A DNA stretch of 64,000 nucleotides from Eledone cirrhosa (lineage: Eukaryota), in NCBI GenBank assembly GCA_964016885.1, contig OZ024743.1, forward strand, positions 127,906,001 to 127,970,000, read 5' to 3'. Shown here in pieces: positions 13,365-25,878 of the stretch (position 1 is the stretch's first letter; the number at the start of each line of letters is the position of its first letter). Both the position numbers and the translations under genes were made by a program. The notes under the pieces are model-generated. The model ran no database searches. It saw only the letters and a program-made list of their open reading frames with translations, and was not told the origin of the DNA.

Positions 13365-14275
13365 TCATCATCATCACTGTTTAGCATCCATTTTCCCATG
13401 CTAACATGGGTTAGGACTCTTTCTGGTTTAGTTTCTACAGCTGGATACCCTTCTTAATGCCAACCACATTTACAGTGTGGACTGGGTGTTTTTTGTTGTG
13501 ACACCTACATGACCTCTTTACAGTGTAGATGAGTCTTTTTGTCATGACACCTACATGACAACTTTACAGTGTAGACTGAGTGTTTTTATTGTGACACCTA
13601 CATGATCACTTTACAGTGTAGACTGGGTGCTTTTATTGTGTCACCAAAATGACCGCTTTACTGTGTGGACTGATGGCTGAGGTGAGGGAAGTACATGGGT
13701 ATTGGAGAGGTAAATCTAGGGAGGGACACATATCTGGTGAAGGGTGGAGGTGTTACGATGGATGGAATGTTAGGATGTGGGAGGTGTATGGAAGGGGGAG
13801 GGGAAGGTTGTGTGTATAAGATGTATGCTTCAAACCATGCACATGGCACAGCGGGTCTTCTGTATTATTGCATAATACCAGAGGTCTCAATCTTGTGTCA
13901 TTGTCTTTGAGAGGTGCAATTGTGCAAGGTCAGCTTTCATCATCTCATTGCAAGTTTTCCTAGGTCTTCCTATTCCATAGCTTCCATCAGTTTTGAACAG
14001 CCTGCACAGTTTTATACAGCTGTTGTCCTTTATATGCATCACATGTCCTCTCGTGCACACTGCACCTCATCCCTCTTATTTCTAGTTTCTCACTCAGTTC
14101 ATTTATGATTTTCCGTTCATGTATATTACTATTACATATCCATCGAAGCATGCTAGCTTCATTTCTTTTCAATCTTCACAGGTTGTCTGCACACAATGCC
14201 CAGGTCTCACTGCTATGCAGCATTGTTGTTCATATATATGCATCATACAATCTGCCCTTCATTTTGATGGAAACT
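13365..14275 (-). mobile_element. RTE family B 3' fragment with ~47-bp tandem repeats in the 3'UTR
   Basis: RNEASMLRWICNSNIHER; repeats at 13470-13660; (ATG)n tail. Confidence 0.75.
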
Positions 14276-14770
14276 AAGTCAAAATTCGTTTTTCTGCTTA
14301 AGTGGACATCTATACTGTGATAAATGATTTGTTTAACATACTAGCATAATATACTAACATAACAGACTAGCATAATAATCTAACTAGCATAATACTCGAC
14401 GTTGCCCAGGTTCAAATTCTAGTTATAACTCAGAATTATTCTTTACAAAAGCATATTTTCTTTATCAGAGTGTCATTAATATTCTTGTGAAAAGTTATTT
14501 CATTCCTATGAAATTAAATGGTTTTATTTCTACATTTACAGCAGACCAGTATCTAATGCATCGTGCAACAGATTTAGGTTCATTATCAATATATTTCATA
14601 ATTTAATTGTGTAAAAAAAAAATACCTTTATTACACTTGAGAGAATTACCAAACAGAATCTTATCTTTTATTCTTGAAATTCTTAGATTCTTAAAATAAC
14701 TTTTAAAAAGTGAATGGAAGCCAGAGAGTTGAGAGGTTAAGGTACTCATGGAAATATAATTATCACTTAA

Positions 14771-14992
14771 CCCTTAAGCATTTACATTACTCTATATATA
14801 CTGATATATTTTTGTGTTACAGGCTTTACCTTACATAATTATCTCACATAATATCGAATCTATGAGATTTTGATACTATTTATTTTGAGAACAATACCTT
14901 AACATCAGTATGAGTGGCTGGTTACAGCCGGTTTGACCAGAAAGAGGTGAGAGAATTCTGGCCAGATATGGCCGGTTTAAATGCTTAAAGGG
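14771..14992. mobile_element. piggyBac-type MITE
   Basis: TTAA at 14767-14770 and 14993-14996; TIRs CCCTTAAGCATTTA / TAAATGCTTAAAGGG. Confidence 0.75.
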
Positions 14993-15565
14993 TTAATCCC
15001 ATTCCAGTTCCTCTATTATTCTGGAAGTGCCATGTCTAATTAAAAACAGCAAGTAAGCTTTACCTTTTTGAAAAATATCTGCATAATTAGTTAAATCCAG
15101 GTGATACAATTACATCAACATCAGTAGGGGAGGCAATGGCTTTAGAAGAGAATATTAAAGAAAATGATGCTTTAGTTGAAAAACATATCTCATCTTATCT
15201 GGTCTGTTTCTGGTGTTAAATTGCACCAGATGGGATTCATATACAACAGAATATCTTCTACTCTCCCTCTAACCTTTTATTAGATGGATTATACTGGAGT
15301 TAAATTAACTTATCTATCTTGACATCAATTATAGTCTGATATAGCAATATATTTAATATAGTAAATAATTGTTTCTACTTTTGGCACAAAGCCAGCAATT
15401 ATCCCTGTGCATTACTGGTACTTTATTTTATCGACCCCGTAAGGATGAAAGACAAAGTTAATCTCGGCGGGATTTGAGTTCAGACAATAAAGAGCCATGT
15501 GTATTTATATATGTATACACACTTTGATTACCTGTACAGGCAATATTTATTAGACAGCTGACCCT

Positions 15566-15770
<205 letters not shown>

Positions 15771-15793
15771 TATATTTATATATATATTTATAG

Positions 15794-16133
15794 GGAGGCA
15801 CATGGCTGAGTGGTTAGTGGATAGAGCATTGACCTTGCAATCGAAAGGTTGTGAGTTCAATTCTCAGACCGGATGATGTGTTGTTTCCTTGAGCAAGACA
15901 CTTTATTTCACATTGCTCCAGTATACTCTGCTGTAGAAATGAGATGATAGGACTGGGGTTCATATCATTCCACTGTAAAGTGGTCGTGGAGGTGCCACGG
16001 CAAAAAAGCACCCACCACTCACTGTAAATGAGGTTGGTGTTAGGAAGGGCATCCAGCTGTAGAAGTCAAGCCAGAATCAGTTCCCGTCCCACCCTTGCAA
16101 TCAGGGAAAAGCGGACGTAAAATGATGATGATG
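15794..16133 (+). mobile_element. tRNA/CORE SINE family B with RTE-derived tail
   Basis: A box TGGCTGAGTGG, B box GAGTTCAATTC, CCTTGAGCAAGACACTT core, (ATG)n tail. Confidence 0.88.
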
Positions 16134-16167
<34 letters not shown>

Positions 16168-16193
16168 TTATATATAATATATATATATATATG

Positions 16194-16262
<69 letters not shown>

Positions 16263-16283
16263 TTATATATATATTATATATAA

Positions 16284-18317
16284 ATCATCATCATCATCAT
16301 CAACATTTTACGTCCGCTCTTCCCTGCTTGCAAGGGTGGAACTGGTCTTATTCAGCACAGCATCTCTCCACTTGTCACGGTCCTTCGTCATCTCCACCGT
16401 GAGCTTCAGCGATCTGAGGTTTGTTCTCACCACCTCCGCCCATGTTTTTCGTGGTCTAGTTCTACCACATCTTCCTTCAACTGGCATTTCCTGGCACTTC
16501 TTCACCCATCAGTCATCCTCCATGCGCATCACATGTCCATACTACCTCAGTCTCCTCTCCCGTACACTACATTCTATCCCTCTCAGATACAGTTTCTCTC
16601 TCAACACATTTATGCTGGGTTGTTCATGCCCATTGACACTGCACATCCAACGGAGCATGCTTGCCTCATTTCTCTCCAGCCATCGCATATCCTCTGCAGT
16701 TGCTGCCCATGTCTCACTACCATGCAACATCACGCTCCTCACACAGACATCATATAACCGGCCTTTGATACGCAGGGAGAAACCCTTCTTCATCAGCAGA
16801 GGAAGCAACTCCCTAAACTTCTTCCAACCTGTCCTTATTCTACATACTATGGCCTCGGAACACCCCCCTCCCATGCTAATCTGATCTCCTAGGTACCGGA
16901 AGCTATCCACCACTTCTATAGCACCCGCCTGCATTTGAAAAATGTGTCTATGTATGCGACTTCTACTGTCAAATTTCCCTGTACATCTACTGCATACATA
17001 TTTCTCCCTACCTGTTAGTTTGCCTGCTATCCAGGTACATATCTTGTGTACCCAGGATCTGCATTGTGTGCATTTTATAGAATTTATGCCAGTTCCTTTT
17101 CTGCATATTGAACATGGCCATTTCCCTGATGGAATCAGAGTTTTGTCCTCTTTTCTACTCATCAACACTTTTGTCTTAGCTAGGTTTACTCTCAGTCCTC
17201 TTGCTTCCAACTGCTGTTTCCATAACCAGAATTTATTCTCTAGCTCCTCTACTGATTCTGCTATAAGAACCAGATCGTCAGCATAGAGAAGTTCCCATGG
17301 ACAGCCAGTCTTAAACTCCTCTGTTATGGCCTGGAGGACTATAATGAACAAGAGCGGGCTGAGGACCGAACCTTGATGTACTCCTACTTGTATCTGGAAT
17401 TCCTCACTAAACTCCATTCCTACCCTGACTTTACTGACAGTACTTCTGTACAAAGTTTGCACTGTCCTCACAAGCCATTCCTCAACACCTAGTTTCCTTA
17501 GGGACCACCAGATGACAGATCGGGGTACCCTATCAAAGGTCTTCTCTAGGTCAACAAGGCTAAGTATAGTGGCTTATTTTTCTCTAAGAACCTCTCTTGC
17601 AATTGTCTCACCAAGAAGAGGGCATCTGTTGTACTCTTCCAAGGCACAAAACCAAACTGCATCTCATCTAGTTTGACCCTTTCTCTAATTAGTTGTGCTA
17701 ATATCCTTTCTGCCACTTTCATAACCTGATCCATCAGTTTTATACCCCTATAATTGCTCTTCTCCAGAGCATCCCCTTTACCTTTGCTGCACCAGTCTTT
17801 GGGTATGACACCACCATATATAGCCTGATTGATGATGCGTGCCACTGATGCCTTCAGCAATGGTCCAGCAGCCTTACCATTTTTCATTTCCTTAATCGCC
17901 TCTTGGACCCTATATTCGTCAATCTCAATAGCTGGTCCCTCTGTCAGATCTACTGAGGGTAATTTCTCTCTCTCCCATTCGTTCTCCACATTCATCAGTC
18001 TCTCATAATGACATTTCCAGGCCTCCTTTTTCTGATCATTCGTGACACTAAGTACACCGGCATCGTTCCAGACACATTTATCTCCAACAACATCCTGATT
18101 TGCATTGACACACTGCCTTGCAATGTGGAACACCGCACGCCTCTGATCTTCCCGTCGCAGAACATTGGCAAACCTCCTAATCCCAGCCTCCCTGCGTGCT
18201 AAGTACACCTGACGTCTAGCTTCTCTCTTAGCGGCTGTATATTCTTACCTACTCCCACCCTTTTTCCAAGCCTTCCATGCTAGTCTTTTGTCTCTAATGG
18301 CCTTATCTACTGTGCTG

Positions 18318-18318
<1 letters not shown>
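16284..18318 (-). mobile_element. RTE LINE family A, 5'-truncated, RT frameshifted
   Basis: NYRGIKLM, QFGFVP, VGVHQGSVLSPLLF, LLYADD, FRYLG, MLHGSETW; (ATG)n tail. Confidence 0.93.
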
Positions 18319-18384
<66 letters not shown>

Positions 18385-18395
18385 CATATATATAT

Positions 18396-18444
<49 letters not shown>

Positions 18445-18471
18445 TATTCATATATATATATGGATATATAT

Positions 18472-18572
18472 ATATCAAATATTGAGTTATAAACTCGAAA
18501 TAGTCTTTTACAATTAAATAGCTCATTTAATTGTAAAAGACTATTTCGAGTTTATAACTCAATATTTGATAT
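18472..18572. repeat. Perfect fold-back: 48-bp arms, 5-nt loop
   Basis: ATATCAAATATTGAG...ACAATTAAAT agctc ATTTAATTGT...TATTTGATAT. Confidence 0.95.
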
Positions 18573-18998
18573 TCACGGCTTCATGCGTTGAGCTAATTTT
18601 TTAGTCCCATAAAACCAACTGCTATTTTTAGCGGCACGGATATGAGACGAGTTATGGGCTGGGACACACGTGCGTTCAACAACACATGTTTCTCAGTCTT
18701 CTTAAGTATTTTGAAGTGGAAGGTACCAATTTCTGGGTACCTGCAGAAGACCACCGGAATAGTAACTTTCACTTAATTGTTGCGAAACAAATTTTAAAAT
18801 TTGTCAAACAGATTTAAAGTTTGTCCAGGTATCACGGCCATTGCCAATATAGGTTTGTTATTTTTATTGATTTATTATTTTAAATCGAGACAGGCAAACC
18901 ATATTATGTTAAATTAGTATCTTTTCAACCTAGCTAACTTGGTCATTTGCAATCCGAACACTTCTATAATTGTATAGATGTTCATTCCTCATATATTC

Positions 18999-19029
<31 letters not shown>

Positions 19030-19300
19030 GTAATAATAATAAATTTGAAGCAGCGATTCTTTGCTTAAACTTTAATCTGTAATGATTTCTAAAGAATGAA
19101 ACAGCTCTAGTCCTGTAGAATCTCATCTATATTAAAACTATATATGTATATATATATATGGATATATATATATATAAATGTATATATAGTGTATTTTGCA
19201 ATACACTGTATGCTTAATTAAAAGCATTTTGAAGACGACACGCTATTGTTTTAAATAGTGACAATGTCACTTATTTAAATTTTCAGCAAACAGGGGAGAT

Positions 19301-19347
19301 AAACTGACAGAGCTTTGTTTCGTACGTTTTGGTACTTATCAAAGTTC
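19301..19347 (-). ncRNA. Type I hammerhead, U3-A8 core variant, with long stem I extension (19278-19373)
   Basis: GAACT-TTGATAA-GTAC-caaaac-GTAC-GAAA-CAaagctcTG-TC-AGTTT. Confidence 0.72.
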
Positions 19348-19531
19348 ACTACCCCTCCTGTCTGCTGAAAATTATGTGTTGGATTCTTATAGAATTCCAG
19401 TAATAATCAGGAACTGATTATACAGAGCGGTCGCCGGTCCAGCCAAGGATAGCTGTTATCAAAATATATATAGCAGTACACCTTTAATAATCGAAGCCAA
19501 ATTTTAAATATTTGACTTAATTATTTTATTT

Positions 19532-19590
<59 letters not shown>

Positions 19591-19627
19591 TATATACATA
19601 TATATATATTTACATTTACCTGCAATG

Positions 19628-19739
<112 letters not shown>

Positions 19740-19764
19740 CATTTACCTGCAATGTATATATATA

Positions 19765-19853
<89 letters not shown>

Positions 19854-19899
19854 GGAGAGAGAGAGAGAGAGAGGGGGGAGGGATAGGTGATACATGTAA

Positions 19900-22010
19900 T
19901 TATTTGCTAAATAGCGTATCCAGAAGGTACTCAATACTAGTGCCAACAGTATTAAATATTAGAAGTGTTAATATTTAGTGGGCGAGAGAGTTAGCAAAGC
20001 GTAAGCACGTGGAAAAGTAAGAAATCGGAGTAACAGACCGTTAATACATGTTTATTTAAAACAGCACCTACGTACGTTTCGCCCGGATGGACTTCTCAAG
20101 GGCATAAATAACTAAAAGTGTTCCTTACATGGCCCGGAAAGTGCTTTTGGGGGTAAGTTCACGTCAGAGTTCATTCTTCGCAAAAAAAGCGTGTTTTGAT
20201 TTTGCAGTAGGTCAAGGGAAGTAACTGTGGCCGGTGTTAGGGCAGTCTTTCCCGGACAAATTTTTTATCCGTTACAAGATGTGGTTACAACCTTACCATT
20301 GTCGATACGCACAGGGTCAGGTAATCAACGCTTATTTTGGGACGTTTGTTTTTCTGCAGCTGCCGGCCTGGGTCATTTGGAGCTGGGTCTGGGATGCATG
20401 GTTAGTTTCTGGATATTTTTTGCAGCGCCTGCCGTCTGAAGAAGGATATTTTTAAGCGATGTGAACAGCCTATCGTCGTTTCAGCTCTGCTGTTGATGAG
20501 CTCGTGGGGTGCAGTTATGATGTGGTAGAGCTTCATGAGGCAAAGATCGCACTTCCTCTTGAAGTTGTACGGTGCAGCCCTGCCGACAATATCCCAGTGC
20601 GTGGAGAAGCTGATGTTTAAGTCTTTTAATGATGTGATGTAGTCCGCGAGCGAAGAGGAGTGTCTTAATTTCTTATTTGTGAAAGAGTGGAGATGTGTTC
20701 GAAATCTAATTTTGAACGGGCCATAGGTAGCCCCTATATAATGTTTAACGCTATTGTGGCTAGTTACAGTGCACATATGTATAACCCTATCAGTCAAGCA
20801 ATATCCTCTAAGGGGGCAGCGTCCCTTTTCGCGGTAGTTGCAATTTCTGTCGCGGTTCCTTCTAATTCCCACGGTAAGGCTATCATTATTGCTATCTACG
20901 TTGTTATCTACGCTCCCGCACCTGTCGTTAGCACCATTATAACCCACTGTGCGCGGGGTGGTACGATTATTATTCCGCACGTCATCTCCTGCATGTTCCC
21001 CAGTCATGTCCCGGTTATGCTGGTTGCGTCTGTAGAGGCTGTTGCCAGCACTATTGGATGCTGCTAGGGAGTCGTTAAGCCCGATATAGTTATTGTCAGG
21101 TGTAGGTGCGTCTGTGCTAAGGTGCTGTGTCTTGGTGAGCTTACTGTGGTTAGTTGTTCCTATGATGTCTGCTAGGTTAGGAGTAGTAGAGAAGGATATT
21201 TTTATATTGTTCCTATTAAGGATTTTTCTATACCTATGGTTGGGTGGGAAGTTCTTCTCTAAGGCTTCGAAGAATATCCGGAGTATGTTGGAGGCCACAC
21301 TCCGAGAGTAGGGGGGATGGAACCATAGGACATTACGGTGGCGATTATGTGCCCTTGTACGTTTGCTACGGGTGGTTCCATCAAGGTGACCGTTCTTATG
21401 CATGTTAATGCGCTGTAGCCCGTTACGTGCCCCTTTCACTTTATGCTCGGGTGCACTCTTCTTCCTTCTTCTATGTTTATGTACAGGAAGATGTTGGTTG
21501 GAAGACGTTGGTAGTAGTCCGTCGCCTTTGTTGATTTTATAGTAGGGGAATAATTCGAGTAAGCTACAGTGGTCACTGTCACCGGGGTCGTGATTTTATT
21601 GTGTGGTAAGTTACCTATACCATCGCCAGTGTAATTAACGTTGCGGCCGTGTTCCTTAGTGCGATTATCTATACTATTATATCCGACTCCTACGAAGTCG
21701 CCGCGTGATCGGTTATAGGTATGGCTTACTATAACGTTCGTCTTATGAGGGGGGTTCTGGAGCTAGCGTTAGGGATGTAGGAAATTCCTCGGTTAAAGCC
21801 AGCACTTATCAAGGCCATATTGTAGTAATCTGCCACTTGGTTGAAGATATCCTCATTGGCGGAGAGCCTCGAGACTCTATGTGAGATGCTAAAGACTATG
21901 GAGTTGAGAGTCTGCTTAGGGTGGTTGGAGGCATAATTAATATAAGAAAGGCTCTCTCCAGGCTTATGGTATGGCTTGTATAGGCCCGTACTCAACTCCA
22001 GGGTCACGTA
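19900..22010 (-). mobile_element. Second PLE clade (Hydra-clade-like by inference), 5'-truncated and disrupted
   Basis: Thumb YKPYHKP..YINYASNHP (21729-22007); RNVLWFHPPYS, CPLRGYCL, YIGATYGPFKIRF, CDLCL, INSRAE..CSH (20402-21439). Confidence 0.88.
20064..20103 (-). ncRNA. Minimal type I hammerhead, U3-A8 variant, in the PLE 3'UTR
   Basis: GCCC-TTGAGAA-GTCC-atcc-GGGC-GAAA-CGTACG-TA-GGTGC; palindromic stem III. Confidence 0.75.
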
Positions 22011-22018
22011 TATATATA

Positions 22019-22069
<51 letters not shown>

Positions 22070-22075
<6 letters not shown>

Positions 22076-22503
22076 GTTAAAAGTGTACATCCACATATGT
22101 ATACTGAAATACTAGTATGCATATAAATACACACACGTATACATATGTACCTGTACCGAGCTTTTCACTGGACACTTTACTGTGAGTGTTCATCGAAACT
22201 AGTCCAATATTCCTCTCTGGCTCTCTGGAGAATAGAGGAAAGGTGTTTCCTCGAAAACCAGTATGACTCTAAAAACCGGTTTGTCTGTGTGTTTACATAC
22301 GGACTAGCTGAACACTCACAGTAAAGTGTCCAGTGAAAAGCTCGGTACATGTACATATGTATACGTGTGTGTATTTATATGCATACTAGTATTTCAGTAT
22401 ACATATGTGGATGTACACTTTTAACTTAATTGTTTAAGCGTCAGTCATACAAAAGTGAGTTACAAACGAAACGAAATTTAATTTCGTTTCGTTATTTGTT
22501 TTT
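22070..22503. mobile_element. Non-coding fold-back element between (TA)n tracts, ~135-bp inverted arms
   Basis: 22070-22205 is the reverse complement of ~22301-22432. Confidence 0.8.
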
Positions 22504-22514
22504 ATATATATATA

Positions 22515-25274
22515 TATTCATAGCGGCGATGAATTAGTTTTGCGAGGTTTTTTATATGAAATCGTGTGTCGAAACAAATATTGTTATACTTGGGGAGGGT
22601 CATATTTGTGTAATATTGCCAGAATTAATAACAGAACACACTCACTGTTTGGTTGGTTTTCGCTTCTCGCTTCTGTGTCTTTTATATCGGTAATCTAACT
22701 TACTCGGTCCTCAATGTTGCCATTGACTGACCGACGGTCAAAATTAATACAGATACAATATAGACACAAACACATATATATAGTTTATCATAAATCTTTC
22801 GTTGCACATCTGCATGGGCACTGCAAAGACCACAAGACAGTCGACGACCCGACAACAGGACCACCAACAAGACCCGTATGCGGAGCTAATATAGCTAGTA
22901 ACTACAGGATCTCCTACTTCCTCTCAATGGTTATACGCCCCATAATCAAGATGTCCCCAGATGTATGTGACAGTACAGAGGACCTCCTCAGCAGAATCAG
23001 TGAGTGCAACAATAACAGGAACCTATCCAACTGCATAATAGGCAGCATGGATGTGGTGTCACTGTACCCATCCATTAACATTGATTTTGCTGTGAAAAGA
23101 TGTGTGGAGATGATCATTGAGAGTGAGGTGGAGTTCTGCGACGTCGACACAGACGAACTGGGCCTCCTACTTAGACTTACCTACGACACTGACTACCTAG
23201 ACAGCCATGACCTTAGACGTTTCTGCCCTAGTAGACCTATAAGAGGTAGACCCCCCCCCCCCACCATAACCTCAATGGCAAAAAAGACTCCCATGGGAAG
23301 ATGGATTGGGTAGACCAAAGCTATACGGACCCCCCAAAACAATGATCAGGTAAGAAAAATGGTCGCACATGCAATAGGGGCTAGTATCAAAACTACCCTA
23401 AAGGGCCATATATTTAAGTTCAATGAGAAAATCTACACCCAAAATGAGGGAGCAGCCAACGGCGTCAGCATAGCTTGTGATGTTGCCAACCTTTTCATGG
23501 TATGGTGGGAAAGGAGACTTAAAGATCTCCTTAATGAAAGCTCCATAGACCTCATCATGTACTCTCGTTATGTAGACGATATCAATATAGTTATAAGAAC
23601 ACCTCCACTAGAGAGCACTAACAAGTTTGATTTAGAACGTAGCACGATGGAAAGCATCCAGCAGATACCTAATTCCATACACCAGAGTATAACTGTAACT
23701 ATAGACTTCCCTTCCAAACACCCTAACAATAGACTACCTGTATTAGACACAGAACTCTGGATTAACACTATAGACGAGAGAGCCCAAATTCTCCACTCAC
23801 ACTATGCTAAACCCATGGCCTCCAAATACCTGATACTCAAAAACTCAGCAATGTCCAGTAGTGCTAAGTTTAATATTCTGATCGCAGATTTGGTACGAGT
23901 GATGAAGAATGTGTCCAGCATGTGCGACCCAACAGAAATGGAAGGACACATCCAACACTTCATCAACCGCATGCAGTTCTCTGGCTACAACCAAAGAGAC
24001 AGAGTCAGAGTATACGAAGGAGCCATGGAGAAGTATAAGACCCTCATAGAACTGGACATGAAAGGAATTTGCCCATTATACAGGAGCAAATCATGGAATA
24101 GCTTACATAGGGCTAGACATAAAATAGGGAAAGCCAACTCATGGTACGACAACCAGAGATACCAGAGTGTCATGTTTGTGGACGCTACCCCTGAAGGGAA
24201 ATTAGCTAACCAGTGTAGAAAGGCCCTGAGAAAGACCCACTTAAAAATTAAGGTGGTAGAAAAGCCAGGAACCACCATAAAATCCCTGATCAGCAAAACC
24301 TACCCTTTTAAGAAAACCCACTGTACCAATAGGAAATGTATCATATGTAAGGTAAACCCCCGGATAAACTGTAAAACTGGAAACGTAGTCTATAGCATAA
24401 GATGTACAGAGGGTACTTGCAGAAACATGACAACAACATACATAGGTGAGACAGCTCGTAGCATAGGTGAAATGATAGACCAACACTGGGGGGAACCAAA
24501 AGGACGAAAAAACGGGTCAGTACTATACGAACATGCTAGACAACATGACGGTAACATAGACAACATAGAAATTAGAATAATATCTAAACATAGAAATGAC
24601 CCAGCAGATAGGCAAATCAGAGAGGCCAGTGAAATAGAAATTAGAAGACAAAGACTAAACAGAAAGCATGAATGGAATAACAACAACACCCAAACAAACA
24701 ACACTGACCTAAGAGAAGTATAAATAAGTAAATAAAATAAAATAAATAAATAAATAAATAAATACATACACAAGCACAATAACAACAAGCACATAAACAC
24801 ACACTAGTCACCCATCACACAGCAAACAAAACACTATACACACACGCAAACGCATGCGCAAAGAAGACAAAATAAAATAAACAAACGAGCAAATAAATAA
24901 ATAAATATATAGGCAGACTGAATAAAAATGGCGTAGACATACAATACAACAGGAGGAAAAGATAGCACCACTGACGATGTTGCAGATGTGCAACGAAAGA
25001 TTTATGATAAACTATATATATGTGTTTGTGTCTATATTGAATCTGTATTATTTTTGACCGTCGGTCAGTCAATGGCAACATTGAGGACCGAGTAAGTTAG
25101 ATTACCGATATAAAAGACACAGAAGCGAGAAGCGAAAACCAACCAAACAGTGAGTGTGTTCTGTTATTAATTCTGGCAATATTACACAAATGTGACCCTC
25201 CCCAAGTATAACAATATTTGTTTCGACACACGATTTCATATAAAAAACCTCGCAAAACTAATTCATCGCCGCTA

Positions 25275-25280
<6 letters not shown>
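22515..25280 (+). mobile_element. PLE (same family as 7081-10056) with an inverted ~300-bp copy of its 3' end at the 5' side
   Basis: 22515-22814 is the reverse complement of ~24982-25280; (TA)n on both flanks. Confidence 0.93.
22815..24723 (+). pseudogene. PLE RT-GIY-YIG ORF, 5'-truncated, single in-frame TAG at 23311-23313
   Basis: GHCKDHK, TRPVCG, SMDVVSLYPSI, YVDD, YIGET; ORFs 22714 and 23359 share a frame; the paralogue has TGG at the stop. Confidence 0.92.
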
Positions 25281-25330
<50 letters not shown>

Positions 25331-25337
25331 TATATAT

Positions 25338-25447
25338 AAGTTGTAATATAATGAAACGAAATTTCATTTCTCACTCTTAGTACGGCACTTACTTAAATGT
25401 AAGTATGTATGTATACGTACATATATGTATACAGACGTACAGTAGCA

Positions 25448-25483
<36 letters not shown>

Positions 25484-25870
25484 CAGGTACACATATATAT
25501 ATGTACGTATCAGTTTAGCGAACGTTTATTATAACGCTCGCTTTGTCCGTTTGTAAACAAGCGAACAGCCTGATTTATGCCATACGGTATTAAGGCAACC
25601 ACGTCACCTTTTTGTTCAACACTGACACAGGAACGATGTACTAGTTTCAAGCTTGTTAGCTATCATCAGCACCGTATACCCTTCTGCCAGATAGTTGAAC
25701 GTTCGAAAGTATATACTTTCCTTATGAAAATTAACATTTAAGTAAGTGCCGTACTAAGAGTGAGAAATGAAATTTCGTTTCATTATATTACAACTTATCG
25801 TTTTCGGTACGCCTGGCCGACTGAACTCACTCGATATGCAAATTAGGCTGCTCAGCCGTTAATTTTCATA
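25338..25870 (-). mobile_element. Non-coding retrozyme-like element, copy 1 (minus body 25338-25735; inverted segment 25735-25870)
   Basis: Homologous to 43615-44185 and 58350-58628; contains an HHR. Confidence 0.8.
25634..25674 (-). ncRNA. Minimal type I hammerhead
   Basis: CGGTG-CTGATGA-tAGCT-aaca-AGCTt-GAAA-CTAG-TA-CATCG. Confidence 0.85.
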
Positions 25871-25878
25871 TTATTTTC

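Noticed and set aside
22160-22345. GAAACTAGTC and GAAAAGCTC in the fold-back element
   Set aside because: No CUGANGA box in register on either strand.
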